Shown here: one piece after another, positions 1 to 8,445 of the stretch
Layout: each line of letters starts with the position of its first letter
How positions within the stretch are numbered: the first letter of the stretch is position 1
From: an uncultured Croceivirga sp.
Lineage (GTDB): Bacteria; Bacteroidota; Bacteroidia; Flavobacteriales; Flavobacteriaceae
DNA length: 64,000 nucleotides
Direction: 5' to 3'
Assembly: GCA_964601965.1 (NCBI GenBank)
Contig: CAZRPJ010000011.1
Location: 221 to 64,220, forward strand
Translations under genes and position numbers: made by a program
The notes under the pieces: model-generated
The model's database searches: none
What the model was told of the DNA's origin: nothing
Seen by the model: only the letters and a program-made list of their open reading frames with translations

Positions 1-852
1 TAAAACTGCTACTTTCCTGATAGGTTTGTCTAAGAGTTTGCTATGGCGCACAACGGCAGTATTCATTTTGGTTTTGAGGAATTGTAAAAATGTTTTCTCA
101 TCCATAGCAGTGGGCAATGAGCCAAGCATTCCCATACCAATTTGTTGATTGGTATTTTCTAAGGTGGTTATTTCATAGGCAACTTCTTCATACGGATGAC
201 TGTCAAATAAGGCTCGGATTACCTTAGCTTCTACGGCTGCTTCAAAAGTGAGATGTATTTGAAACTCATCTACTAACTGTGCAGTTCCTTTTTTGCCAAT
301 CGTAGGAATACTTCTTTCTCCAGGGGTAAAACTCCCTGTGCCTTGGTTAGTGAAACTGCAATCGCTATAGTTACCAATCGTTCCTCCACCAGCAGTGAAT
401 AAAGCTTTTCTAACCAATTCTACAGCATCTTTTGGGACATAGGTCACTAGTTTTTTTATGGTTCCTTTTTTAGGAAGTAAAATCTTTGTGTTTTGAAGCC
501 CTAAAACTTCACAAATTTTATTGTTAACCCCTAAATAACTGTTATCCAAGGCAGTATGCATAGAAAATATAGCAATATCATTGGCAAGCGCTTTCATTAC
601 CACGCGTTGCACATAGTTGGCTCCAACGAGTTTTTTGAGACCAGAAAAAATAATTGGATGAAAACTAACGATCATGTTCGCTTTCAAAGCAATAGCCTCG
701 TCCACCACATTTTCTAGTGTGTCTAGCGTGACTAATATCCCCGATACTTTTGTGTCGGGATTGCCTACTAAAAGCCCCACATTATCAAAATCTTCTGCAT
801 AATGCAAAGGAGCCAAAGAATCTAAAAGCTTGGCAACATCAGAAACAGTCAT
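1..852 (-). CDS. Nif3-like dinuclear metal center protein (YbgI/NIF3 family), 3' end runs off the window
   Basis: Not in the ORF track because it is truncated. Manual translation from ATG at 852: MTVSDVAKLLDSLAPLHYAEDFDNVGLLVGNPDTKVSGILVTLDTLENVVDEAI, open to position 1 (..DKPIRKVAVL). Typical NIF3 N-terminus. Confidence 0.9.
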   Translation of the reverse strand, partial: MTVSDVAKLLDSLAPLHYAEDFDNVGLLVGNPDTKVSGILVTLDTLENVVDEAIALKANMIVSFHPIIFSGLKKLVGANYVQRVVMKALANDIAIFSMHTALDNSYLGVNNKICEVLGLQNTKILLPKKGTIKKLVTYVPKDAVELVRKALFTAGGGTIGNYSDCSFTNQGTGSFTPGERSIPTIGKKGTAQLVDEFQIHLTFEAAVEAKVIRALFDSHPYEEVAYEITTLENTNQQIGMGMLGSLPTAMDEKTFLQFLKTKMNTAVVRHSKLLDKPIRKVAVL

Positions 853-897
853 AGAAAGTATTTAAGCTTCTAAGATAAAATATTATATTTTCGTTGG

Positions 898-1917
898 ATG
901 CGCTTTTTACGATATATGGCTTGGCCCATTTCGCTACTCTATGGCTTAATTGTGTATTGTAGAAATCTTTTGTACGATGCGCAATTGTTGAAATCTGCTC
1001 GTTTTTCTACCCCCACAATCTGCGTAGGTAATTTAAGTGTGGGTGGCACGGGAAAAACACCTATGATTGAGTATTTAATCCGACAATTACAGTCCCATTA
1101 TAAGATTGCAGTACTAAGTAGGGGATATAAGAGGAAATCTCAGGGATTTCAACTTGGTGATGAAAATGCTTCTGTGGAAGTGTTGGGAGATGAGCCTTTT
1201 CAATTGTTTGCAAAGTTTCCTTCCATTCCTATCGCAGTTGATGCCAATAGAAGAAACGGGATCACACAATTAGAGGCTAATGTAAAGCCAGAATTAGTTT
1301 TATTAGACGATGCTTTTCAGCATCGGAAAGTAGCACCCACAATTTCCGTGCTCTTAACGACGTACAGCAACCCATTTACTAAAGACTGGTATTTACCTAC
1401 TGGTTCGCTTAGGGATGCTAAAATGGCTTCCAAACGTGCCGATGTTATTGTTGTAACCAAATGTCCTGGAAACATTACCGAAACAGAACAGGAAACGCTT
1501 AAAAAATCTTTACAAAAGGGTACCAATCAACCTGTGGTGTTCTCAGCTTTGCACTACGGAGAAAAGCTACTTGGGTCTAAGGGCGAAATGTTCGTTCAAG
1601 ATTTGAAGAAAATACCTTTTACCTTGGTCACAGGAATTGCCAATCCTGCACCACTTGTACATTTTTTAAAGGACCAGCACTTTCAGTTCTCACATCTCAA
1701 ATTTCCAGATCACCACCAATTTAGTACTAGGGAACTAGAGAAAATACAGAACAGCGGACTGGTGATTACTACGGAAAAGGACTTTGTAAGGCTCCAAGGA
1801 AAAGTTGCAGAACTTTATTATTTGCCTGTAGCACACGTATTTTTAGGAGAAGGAGAAAAGGTCTTTTTAGAAGTATTGCAAGATGGGCTTACACCTTATT
1901 TCCCACATTCGTTTTAA
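898..1917 (+). CDS. lpxK: Tetraacyldisaccharide 4'-kinase
   Basis: VGNLSVGGTGKTP P-loop, SRGY, LDDAFQHR, GSLRD, FPDHH and TTEKD motifs. Confidence 0.95.
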   Translation: MRFLRYMAWPISLLYGLIVYCRNLLYDAQLLKSARFSTPTICVGNLSVGGTGKTPMIEYLIRQLQSHYKIAVLSRGYKRKSQGFQLGDENASVEVLGDEPFQLFAKFPSIPIAVDANRRNGITQLEANVKPELVLLDDAFQHRKVAPTISVLLTTYSNPFTKDWYLPTGSLRDAKMASKRADVIVVTKCPGNITETEQETLKKSLQKGTNQPVVFSALHYGEKLLGSKGEMFVQDLKKIPFTLVTGIANPAPLVHFLKDQHFQFSHLKFPDHHQFSTRELEKIQNSGLVITTEKDFVRLQGKVAELYYLPVAHVFLGEGEKVFLEVLQDGLTPYFPHSF

Positions 1918-4105
1918 AAATGTTCTCCCCAATTTTTTGATAAAAGACTTCTGGCTTAAAGGGTTTGGTAACTACTGCGTTACATCCGGCCGCATAGAAT
2001 TCATCTAAGCTGTCTTCCATGGAAATTGCCGTAAGGGCTATGATAGGTATAGTTTCATTAAACTTACGGATTTGAATGGTGGCTTCGGTTCCGCTAATAC
2101 CAGGCATATGAATATCCATTAAAATACAGGCATATTCATTGGCTTTGGCAGCGTCTATCGCTTCATTACCGTTGTTGGCTATATCACAGGTAATACCTTT
2201 CTTAGAAAGCATCTTTTTAGTAATTACCTGATTAATTTTATTGTCTTCAACTACCAAGACATGCAGACCTTCAAAATCAAAGTCATCAACACTCATTTCA
2301 AAAGGTACTTCTTCTAAGGAGGTTTCTTCTACTTTAAGATCTAAATCGAAGTAAAAGGTGCTTCCTTCTCCCAAGGTACTTTTAAGGTTAATGGAACTAT
2401 CAAAAAGGCCAAGGAGACTTTTTACAATGGTAAGACCAAGACCGGTGCCCCCGTATTCTCGGTTTATTTGAATAGAACCTTGTTCAAAGCTGTCGAATAT
2501 ATTTTTTTGCTGTTGCTCAGATATTCCTATTCCATTGTCTCGCACTTCAAAATAGACGGTAATGTTCTCATCGTCCCTACTTTTAAGCTTGGCTACCACA
2601 TCTACCTGCCCATCTTTAGTAAATTTCAATGCATTGCCAATGAGGTTCATAAAGATCTGTGAGATTTTAAGAGGGTCACCTAATAGATTGTTAGGAATTT
2701 TTTGATCGTAATCTAAAATAACCTTGGTATTGTTCTCTTTGGCATTCTGTTGCAATGAGTCCACCACATCTGCAATAACCTTCTTTAATTTGAATTCAAT
2801 GTTTAGTGGTTCTAATTTGTCGGCATCAATCTTATTTATTTGAAGGATATCATTAATGAAATTCAACAAATAGTCACCAGAAAATTTTAATGACTTCAAG
2901 TGTTCTTTTTGGTGATCTGCCGGGTTTTCATCTAAAAGAAGGTGAGTTAATCCCGTCACGGCGTAAAGCGGAGTTCTTAATTCATGTGTAACGGTAGAAA
3001 GGAAATTACTTTTAGCTTCCATCGCAGAAACCGCCGCATCTCTTGCCTGTTCTAATTCGGAATTTTTGGTCTGCAGTAAGTCGTTGGTTTTAAGTTTAAT
3101 TTGATTATTCCTGAAAAGCGAAATAGATAGAATAGAGATGATCACTAAAAAAGCAGAGGCTAAGATGGCGGTAATTTCAGAACGGTTGGCCGAAGCTTTA
3201 ATTTCCTCCACTTCTGCTTCGAGTTCGTCTATGGTTTTGTTTTGCTGTCTAAAACGTATTTTATCCGCAGTATTAGCTTCTAGTTTTACTTTATCAATCG
3301 TAAAAAGAGAATCTTTTATTTCGATCAGTTCTTTATTTAAAGAAGATGATTTTTCAAAGTCTCCGATGTTTTCATAAACCCCCGCTAAGTAATTACTGGC
3401 TGCTACAATTTCACGAAAGAATTGATTCTTTCTAGCTAACGTAAGCGCAGCCTCACCATGTTTTATACTATCCTCATAGTTCCCTTGTTTATCGTGCATT
3501 CTTGCCAGCCCCATATTGGCCATGGTGGCTAAGTAAGCGCGTTCCATTTCATCAGAGTTCACAATTAAGGCATTGAATTTCACCGAGGCCTCTTCAAACT
3601 TTTCAATATTTAAATAGACATTGGCTTCTGCCAAGAGAATATTGTTAAGTAAATTCTTATCGTTATTTAGTTTTTTAGCTTCCAACAATTCATTGATTGC
3701 TTGGAAATTATTTCCAGAACGGTAGAGAAGGGTAGCATTTATGAATTGATGAACTGCTTCTCCATAGGGGTATTCTGTATCTTTTAGAAGCACACCTGCA
3801 CGATCCCAATAAAAAAGTGTGGTTTCTCTATCATCAATTTCTAAATAGAGCAATGCAAATTTGTGATAAGTGTCTAATAGGGCCTTTAGATCTTCATTGC
3901 GTTCGGCTAAATTGGCTGCTTTTTCCAAAACTTCCATTGCGGGTGCAATTTTATTTTGGTGTCTTAAAGTGAGGGATTGATAGTAGTAATAGTCTAGCGA
4001 GTCCTTGGGGCTATAGGAGGTCTGTGCCATTATCCAAAAAACAGATAAAAGCATAGCGCAATTACACACCAACGCCTTGGTGGTTTTATGTATATGCTCC
4101 AACAT
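1889..4105 (-). CDS. TPR-containing hybrid sensor histidine kinase/response regulator
   Basis: N-terminal helical TPR-like region, one TM segment, H-box THELRTPL, N/G boxes (NLIGNALKFT, DNGIG, GGTGLGL), C-terminal receiver (VEDNKIN, LMDIHMP, KP). Confidence 0.9.
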   Translation of the reverse strand: MLEHIHKTTKALVCNCAMLLSVFWIMAQTSYSPKDSLDYYYYQSLTLRHQNKIAPAMEVLEKAANLAERNEDLKALLDTYHKFALLYLEIDDRETTLFYWDRAGVLLKDTEYPYGEAVHQFINATLLYRSGNNFQAINELLEAKKLNNDKNLLNNILLAEANVYLNIEKFEEASVKFNALIVNSDEMERAYLATMANMGLARMHDKQGNYEDSIKHGEAALTLARKNQFFREIVAASNYLAGVYENIGDFEKSSSLNKELIEIKDSLFTIDKVKLEANTADKIRFRQQNKTIDELEAEVEEIKASANRSEITAILASAFLVIISILSISLFRNNQIKLKTNDLLQTKNSELEQARDAAVSAMEAKSNFLSTVTHELRTPLYAVTGLTHLLLDENPADHQKEHLKSLKFSGDYLLNFINDILQINKIDADKLEPLNIEFKLKKVIADVVDSLQQNAKENNTKVILDYDQKIPNNLLGDPLKISQIFMNLIGNALKFTKDGQVDVVAKLKSRDDENITVYFEVRDNGIGISEQQQKNIFDSFEQGSIQINREYGGTGLGLTIVKSLLGLFDSSINLKSTLGEGSTFYFDLDLKVEETSLEEVPFEMSVDDFDFEGLHVLVVEDNKINQVITKKMLSKKGITCDIANNGNEAIDAAKANEYACILMDIHMPGISGTEATIQIRKFNETIPIIALTAISMEDSLDEFYAAGCNAVVTKPFKPEVFYQKIGENIFKTNVGNKV

Positions 4106-5115
4106 TAAATGTATTGTTTCCTTATCAGCAACTCAATTATGTCAATTAATCTTGAGCTATAGCCCGTTTCATTATCGTACCATCCGATGACTTTTACCAT
4201 TTTACCAATAACAGAAGTCATCTGGGAATCAAACGTACAAGAATAATAACTATTGTTTATATCAACAGAAACTATGGGTTCTTCACAGTAGAAAAGTACA
4301 TCTTTTAGTTCATTCGTTGAAATCTCCTTAAAAGTTGCATTGATTTCTTCAATAGAAGTGGCTTTTTTCACATTAAAGGTGATGTCCGTTAAAGAGCCGT
4401 TTGGCACGGGTACGCGAATGCCACAGCCCCCAATTACTTCTGCTAAATCTGGAAAAATTTTGGTTAATGCCTTTGCGGCTCCAGTAGTTGTTGGAATGAT
4501 TGATTGCGATGCAGCCCTTGCTCTCCTTAAATCACGGTGAGGCTGGTCATGCAAACTCTGGTCTGATGTGTAGGAGTGAATGGTTGTAATATACGCCTGA
4601 TCAATACCGCAGAGTTCCTTTATCACCTTTATCATTGGTGCGGCATTATTAGTGGTACACGAAGCATTTGAAATAATATCGTCCTCTGCCGTTAGGCTGG
4701 ATTCATTAACACCATATACGACCATTTTAATCCTATCGTCTGCTGGTGGTACTGAAAGCAACACCTTTTTTGCACCGTTTTTTAGATGACCTTTTAAGCT
4801 TTCTTTGGTCTTGAATTGACCCGTTGCTTCCAGAACCAAGTCTATCCCATAGTCGCCCCAGGGAATAGATTCAGGTTTTTTAAAATTTAAAACTGGGATA
4901 TTTCTTCCATCCGTTACGATGTTGTCACCTTCGTTCTGTATGCTAGCTCCGTAAATACCGTGGATGCTATCATATTTTACCAAGTGGGCTAAAGTTTTGG
5001 CATCTGCGAGATCGTTAATGAGGACTACTTCAATATTTTGATGTGCCTTAATTAATCTAAAAAAGGTTCTACCAATTCTACCAAAACCATTGATTCCTAC
5101 CCTAAGTTTTTTCAT
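4105..5115 (-). CDS. gap: Type I glyceraldehyde-3-phosphate dehydrogenase
   Basis: GINGFGRIGR Rossmann motif, SNASCTTN catalytic Cys, DLRRARAA, WYDNE. Confidence 0.95.
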   Translation of the reverse strand: MKKLRVGINGFGRIGRTFFRLIKAHQNIEVVLINDLADAKTLAHLVKYDSIHGIYGASIQNEGDNIVTDGRNIPVLNFKKPESIPWGDYGIDLVLEATGQFKTKESLKGHLKNGAKKVLLSVPPADDRIKMVVYGVNESSLTAEDDIISNASCTTNNAAPMIKVIKELCGIDQAYITTIHSYTSDQSLHDQPHRDLRRARAASQSIIPTTTGAAKALTKIFPDLAEVIGGCGIRVPVPNGSLTDITFNVKKATSIEEINATFKEISTNELKDVLFYCEEPIVSVDINNSYYSCTFDSQMTSVIGKMVKVIGWYDNETGYSSRLIDIIELLIRKQYI

Positions 5116-5138
5116 TTGGCGCGTTGCCCTAAAGAGGG

Positions 5139-6017
5139 TTAGTTAATGTGTTTGTGAGCTTTGTAGGAAGAGCGCACTAGCGCACCACTTTCCACATGCC
5201 TGAAGCCCATTTTTAACCCAAGAGTTTCGTACTTCTTGAATTGCTCGGGTAGAATAAATTCCTTGACGGGGAGGTGTTTTTTAGAAGGCTGTAGGTATTG
5301 ACCAATAGTAACCACATCCACCTTAGCTTTACGTAAATCTTCTAAAGTTTCTATTACTTCTTCTTCTAATTCTCCTAATCCAAGCATGATACCTGATTTG
5401 GTTCTATTAGCACCGTTTTCTTTCAAGTAGCGTAAAACCCCTAAACTACGTTCGTATTTGGCTTGAATACGCACTTCACGGGTGAGACGCTTTACGGTTT
5501 CCATATTGTGCGAAATCACTTCGGGGCTTACAGATAAAATACGGTCTAAGTGCGTTTCTATCCCCTGAAAATCGGGAATCAATGTTTCTAAAGTAGTTTC
5601 CGGATTCATTCGGCGCACTGCTTTTACTGTTTCAGCCCAAATAATGGAACCCATATCTTTTAAATCGTCGCGATCTACTGAGGTAAGCACTGCATGCTTA
5701 ATTTGCATGATCTTAATGGAACGTGCTACCTTTTCAGGTTCTTCCCAGTCTACACTTTCTGGCCTGCCCGTTTTTACACCACAAAAACCACAAGAACGGG
5801 TGCAGATATTCCCTAAGATCATAAACGTCGCGGTTCCTTCTCCCCAACATTCGCCCATATTGGGACAACTACCCGAAGTACAAATCGTATGCAGATCATA
5901 CTTATCTACCAAACCACGCAACTGGGTGTATTTTTTACCTGTTGGTAATTTAACCCGTAGCCATTTTGGTTTTCCTTTTTTAGGCGGAATTACATGCGCT
6001 TCAACGGTTTGCGACAT
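5139..6017 (-). CDS. lipA: Lipoyl synthase
   Basis: CX4CX5C (CTSGSCPNMGEC), radical SAM CX3CX2C (CTRSCGFC) and C-terminal VRSSY. Confidence 0.97.
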   Translation of the reverse strand: MSQTVEAHVIPPKKGKPKWLRVKLPTGKKYTQLRGLVDKYDLHTICTSGSCPNMGECWGEGTATFMILGNICTRSCGFCGVKTGRPESVDWEEPEKVARSIKIMQIKHAVLTSVDRDDLKDMGSIIWAETVKAVRRMNPETTLETLIPDFQGIETHLDRILSVSPEVISHNMETVKRLTREVRIQAKYERSLGVLRYLKENGANRTKSGIMLGLGELEEEVIETLEDLRKAKVDVVTIGQYLQPSKKHLPVKEFILPEQFKKYETLGLKMGFRHVESGALVRSSYKAHKHIN

Positions 6018-6034
6018 AACAATTTTTTAAGCTA

Positions 6035-6042
6035 CAAATATA
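6035..6042 (-). promoter_or_regulatory. Bacteroidota housekeeping -7 box (TATATTTG) upstream of lipA
   Basis: Exact TAnnTTTG match 17 nt upstream of the lipA ATG. Confidence 0.6.
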
Positions 6043-6074
6043 CGAAATGATCAGTTTTAAAGTGTCTTCAAAGC

Positions 6075-6635
6075 TTATCGGCTGGCAATGATTGCCGCGA
6101 GGAGTTTTTTGGCCCTTAGCAACTTTACCTTAATGTTATTTACCGGTTCATTTAATGAATTCGCAATTTCGGCATAGCTCATTTCATTAAAATATCGAAG
6201 GTTTAACACCTCTTGGTAGTGTGGTTTTAGTTTTTTAATGTCTGCCAGCAGGGATGCTAGGTTTTGTTCAGTTATGAGGGCATCTTCTACGGTAGGGCTT
6301 TCGTCTAAAATGGCATTTATTTCTTCAGATTTCCCTCTTTCTCGCTCGTCTAGAATATTTCTTTTCCGTTTGCGGATGAGGTCTACATGCAAGTTTTTAG
6401 AAATGGTTATTAACCATGTTCCAAATTGGAAATCCTCATCATAGGTCGCAATTTTATCAAAAGCTCTTGCAAAAGTCTGTATGGAAATATCTTCTGCATC
6501 GTTCTCATTTTTAGTACGTTGCAATTGAAAACCATAAACCTCATTCCAGAAACGATCCAATAATTGACTAAATGCAATCTGGTTGCCCTCTTTTGCCTTG
6601 GCGATGGTTTCCTTTAAATCTGTTGCGGTACTCAA
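6075..6635 (-). CDS. ECF RNA polymerase sigma factor
   Basis: Region 2 (AEDISIQTFARAF, FGTWLITISKN) and region 4 HTH (MSYAEIANSLNEPVNNIKVKLLRAK). TTG start. Confidence 0.9.
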   Translation of the reverse strand: MSTATDLKETIAKAKEGNQIAFSQLLDRFWNEVYGFQLQRTKNENDAEDISIQTFARAFDKIATYDEDFQFGTWLITISKNLHVDLIRKRKRNILDERERGKSEEINAILDESPTVEDALITEQNLASLLADIKKLKPHYQEVLNLRYFNEMSYAEIANSLNEPVNNIKVKLLRAKKLLAAIIASR

Positions 6636-6650
6636 AAAGGTAGCTTTTGC

Positions 6651-6860
6651 CTATTGCGGCTGTATAATGGTGTCTTTTTTGCAATCCTGTTCGTTAGGAA
6701 GTTTTCCACAGAAGCCACAGGCTTCTCCTTCTTTATTTAGAAAAGGATTTTGACTAGCGCAGGTACCTGCAAATTTGCCGTCTTTTTTAGACCAAATTTT
6801 TATAGCAATGCCTGCAAACGCTAAGGCAAGTAACCCAACGGTAAGTAGCACTAATTTCAT
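6651..6860 (-). CDS. Small single-TM protein with four Cys (NqrM-like architecture)
   Basis: Hydrophobic N-terminal helix, then GTC..CGFC..C. Own -7 box TACCTTTG at 6875-6882. Confidence 0.75.
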   Translation of the reverse strand: MKLVLLTVGLLALAFAGIAIKIWSKKDGKFAGTCASQNPFLNKEGEACGFCGKLPNEQDCKKDTIIQPQ

Positions 6861-6874
6861 ACTAAAAATTTATG

Positions 6875-6882
6875 CAAAGGTA
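6875..6882 (-). promoter_or_regulatory. -7 box (TACCTTTG) for the small Cys protein/ECF sigma unit
   Basis: Exact TAnnTTTG match 14 nt upstream of the ATG at 6860. Confidence 0.6.
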
Positions 6883-6929
6883 CAAAAGCAGAAAGGAAAC
6901 AAAGACGAATTAAGACTTCTTTAGAAGTT

Positions 6930-7688
6930 TCAATAATTGATATTTGCAACGATATTTTTTACAGTAGGCGTTTCGTTTCCACCAGTGGGTTCTATAGTAA
7001 TATACCCAATAGCGTTGTCTGCATAAGGAAGCGCCAATAGTTGCTCTTTATCTTCAAATTTTCTAATAACCCCTAAATTAACTAGCTCCCCATTGACTTC
7101 TGCCCACATTTGAAAGCATTGATCTTCTGGTAATTGTGGTAGGTTGCTAACGTTAATGTAGGATAGTTTTTTTACTGGATTAATGTATGCCACCGCTTTA
7201 AGTTCTTTGGCTTTTCTATTCCCATTAACTGTGTAGCGCTTTGTATTAGGATTATTCAATACGATGTATTGATTTCTCAGGTCTTCCAGTTGGACTTTCA
7301 TGTCCATTTCAAGATCCTTTATTTTATTTGTAACAATCGTATTCTTCTGCTGAAGATCCATGTTTTGATTGTAGAAGAAATAAGAAGCTCCAGCAAAAAG
7401 CAGTGCTGCTATACTTGCAGCGATCGCGTATTTGAAAAATTTGCTTCCTTGCCTTTTTTCTTGGCGAATCTTAAGTAAGATTTGCTCTTTTAGTCCTTCT
7501 GGTGCCTTAAGCGCATGCATTTTAGCATAAGACTCCAAGTTTTCTTGTAATTCGTTGTAGGAGGCACGTACTTCTGGATGCATTGCTATATAACGCTCTA
7601 CTTGAAGAGACTCTTCAAGAGAAGTTTCCCCCAAAAGGTATTTTTCAAGTAAATCACCGTCTAAAAAGATGCGTATTTTATCTTTCAT
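6930..7688 (-). CDS. Anti-sigma factor, RskA-type (N-terminal anti-sigma domain, TM, C-terminal RskA domain)
   Basis: LEKYLLG N-terminus, TM helix, coiled coil, LPQLPEDQCFQMWA and ITIEPTGG motifs. Overlaps the sigma stop codon (ATGA). Confidence 0.88.
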   Translation of the reverse strand: MKDKIRIFLDGDLLEKYLLGETSLEESLQVERYIAMHPEVRASYNELQENLESYAKMHALKAPEGLKEQILLKIRQEKRQGSKFFKYAIAASIAALLFAGASYFFYNQNMDLQQKNTIVTNKIKDLEMDMKVQLEDLRNQYIVLNNPNTKRYTVNGNRKAKELKAVAYINPVKKLSYINVSNLPQLPEDQCFQMWAEVNGELVNLGVIRKFEDKEQLLALPYADNAIGYITIEPTGGNETPTVKNIVANINY

Positions 7689-8248
7689 ACTACTATATTT
7701 AATAAGAGCACAAGTACTATTGAACCGTAAATTTTTCTCATTTCCCGCAGCCCTATTTTCAATCGAGATTTAATGGTGCCCAGCGGGATATCTAGCTCAT
7801 CACTAGCCTCTTGCTGAGTCATACCTTCAAAAAACAAGGCTTCTAATACTATTCTATACTTCGGTTCAAGCTTTTCCAGATTTTCTTTTATATCCATGAA
7901 TTCTGGTCTAATGCTCTGCTCACCAAGATTATATACGTCTGAAACGTCTATTTGGATTTCTTTATCGCTTTTTGTGTTAATGCTCCTTAACTTATCTATG
8001 GCTGTATTTCTTGTGATTCGAAATAACCAAGTGAATAACTTGGCCTTTGAAGCATCATAAGAATCAGACTTTTTCCAAATTTTCACAAAACTTTCCTGTA
8101 CGATATCTTGAGCTAAATCTTCATCCTTAACCACTTTGTATGCCACTCCGTATAAGGTGTCAGCGTAATGATCATACAGTAAAGAAATGGCCTTTTCATC
8201 CCTTTCTAACAGAAGTTCAACAATATGTTTTTCGAGAAGTGTGCTCAT
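7685..8248 (-). CDS. ECF sigma factor (SigK-like), cognate of the downstream anti-sigma
   Basis: LAQDIVQESFVKIW, LFTWLFRITRN, IPLGTIKSRLK. Likely start MSTLLEK at 8248; the ORF track starts at 8263. Confidence 0.9.
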   Translation of the reverse strand: MSTLLEKHIVELLLERDEKAISLLYDHYADTLYGVAYKVVKDEDLAQDIVQESFVKIWKKSDSYDASKAKLFTWLFRITRNTAIDKLRSINTKSDKEIQIDVSDVYNLGEQSIRPEFMDIKENLEKLEPKYRIVLEALFFEGMTQQEASDELDIPLGTIKSRLKIGLREMRKIYGSIVLVLLLNIVV

Positions 8249-8286
8249 ATTTCGGCGGGTCATTTTCTCTTTTTATCAAGGAGAAA

Positions 8287-8310
8287 ATCCAAACCAATAG
8301 TTAATGCGTA
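8287..8310 (+). promoter_or_regulatory. Putative ECF-type promoter ATCC-N16-CGTA, divergent from the sigma gene
   Basis: ATCC 8287-8290, 16-nt spacer, CGTA 8307-8310. Resembles the ATCC/CGTA-type cores of SigK- and RpoE-ChrR-type ECF promoters. Confidence 0.45.
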
Positions 8311-8315
8311 TATCT

Positions 8316-8445
8316 AATAACGCTAAAGTATAAAATTGATTATAACGAAGGCGTTTTGCGATAAGAAGTTCTACTTACGATATATATAATTTGGTTAGTT
8401 TGGTTTGGTATAACCCCGGTTTTCTTCCTTAGAGGCCGGGGTTAT
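8316..8445 (+). ncRNA. Candidate small RNA between the ECF sigma gene and murB
   Basis: No credible ORF. Internal hairpins, a TTTGG repeat tract and a strong 3' GC hairpin, downstream of the ECF-like promoter or an alternative TAAAATTG box at 8331-8338. Confidence 0.4.
8410..8445. terminator. GC-rich hairpin at the murB stop (ATAACCCCGG..CCGGGGTTAT)
   Basis: 10-bp perfect inverted repeat plus a G-U pair. Only a weak U-tail on + (TTATCTTAT) and none on -. Confidence 0.55.

Noticed and set aside
4105-5115. gap as erythrose-4-phosphate dehydrogenase or NADP-specific GAPDH
   Set aside because: INDL (Asp at the NAD-specificity position) and HSYTSDQ/PTTTGAAKA motifs fit an NAD-dependent GAPDH.
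8372-8383. 12-nt identity (TACTTACGATAT) between the candidate sRNA region and the trp leader mRNA (58013-58024)
   Set aside because: A few 12-mer matches among AT-rich intergenic regions are expected by chance, and it would only be antisense if the murB-side strand were transcribed.
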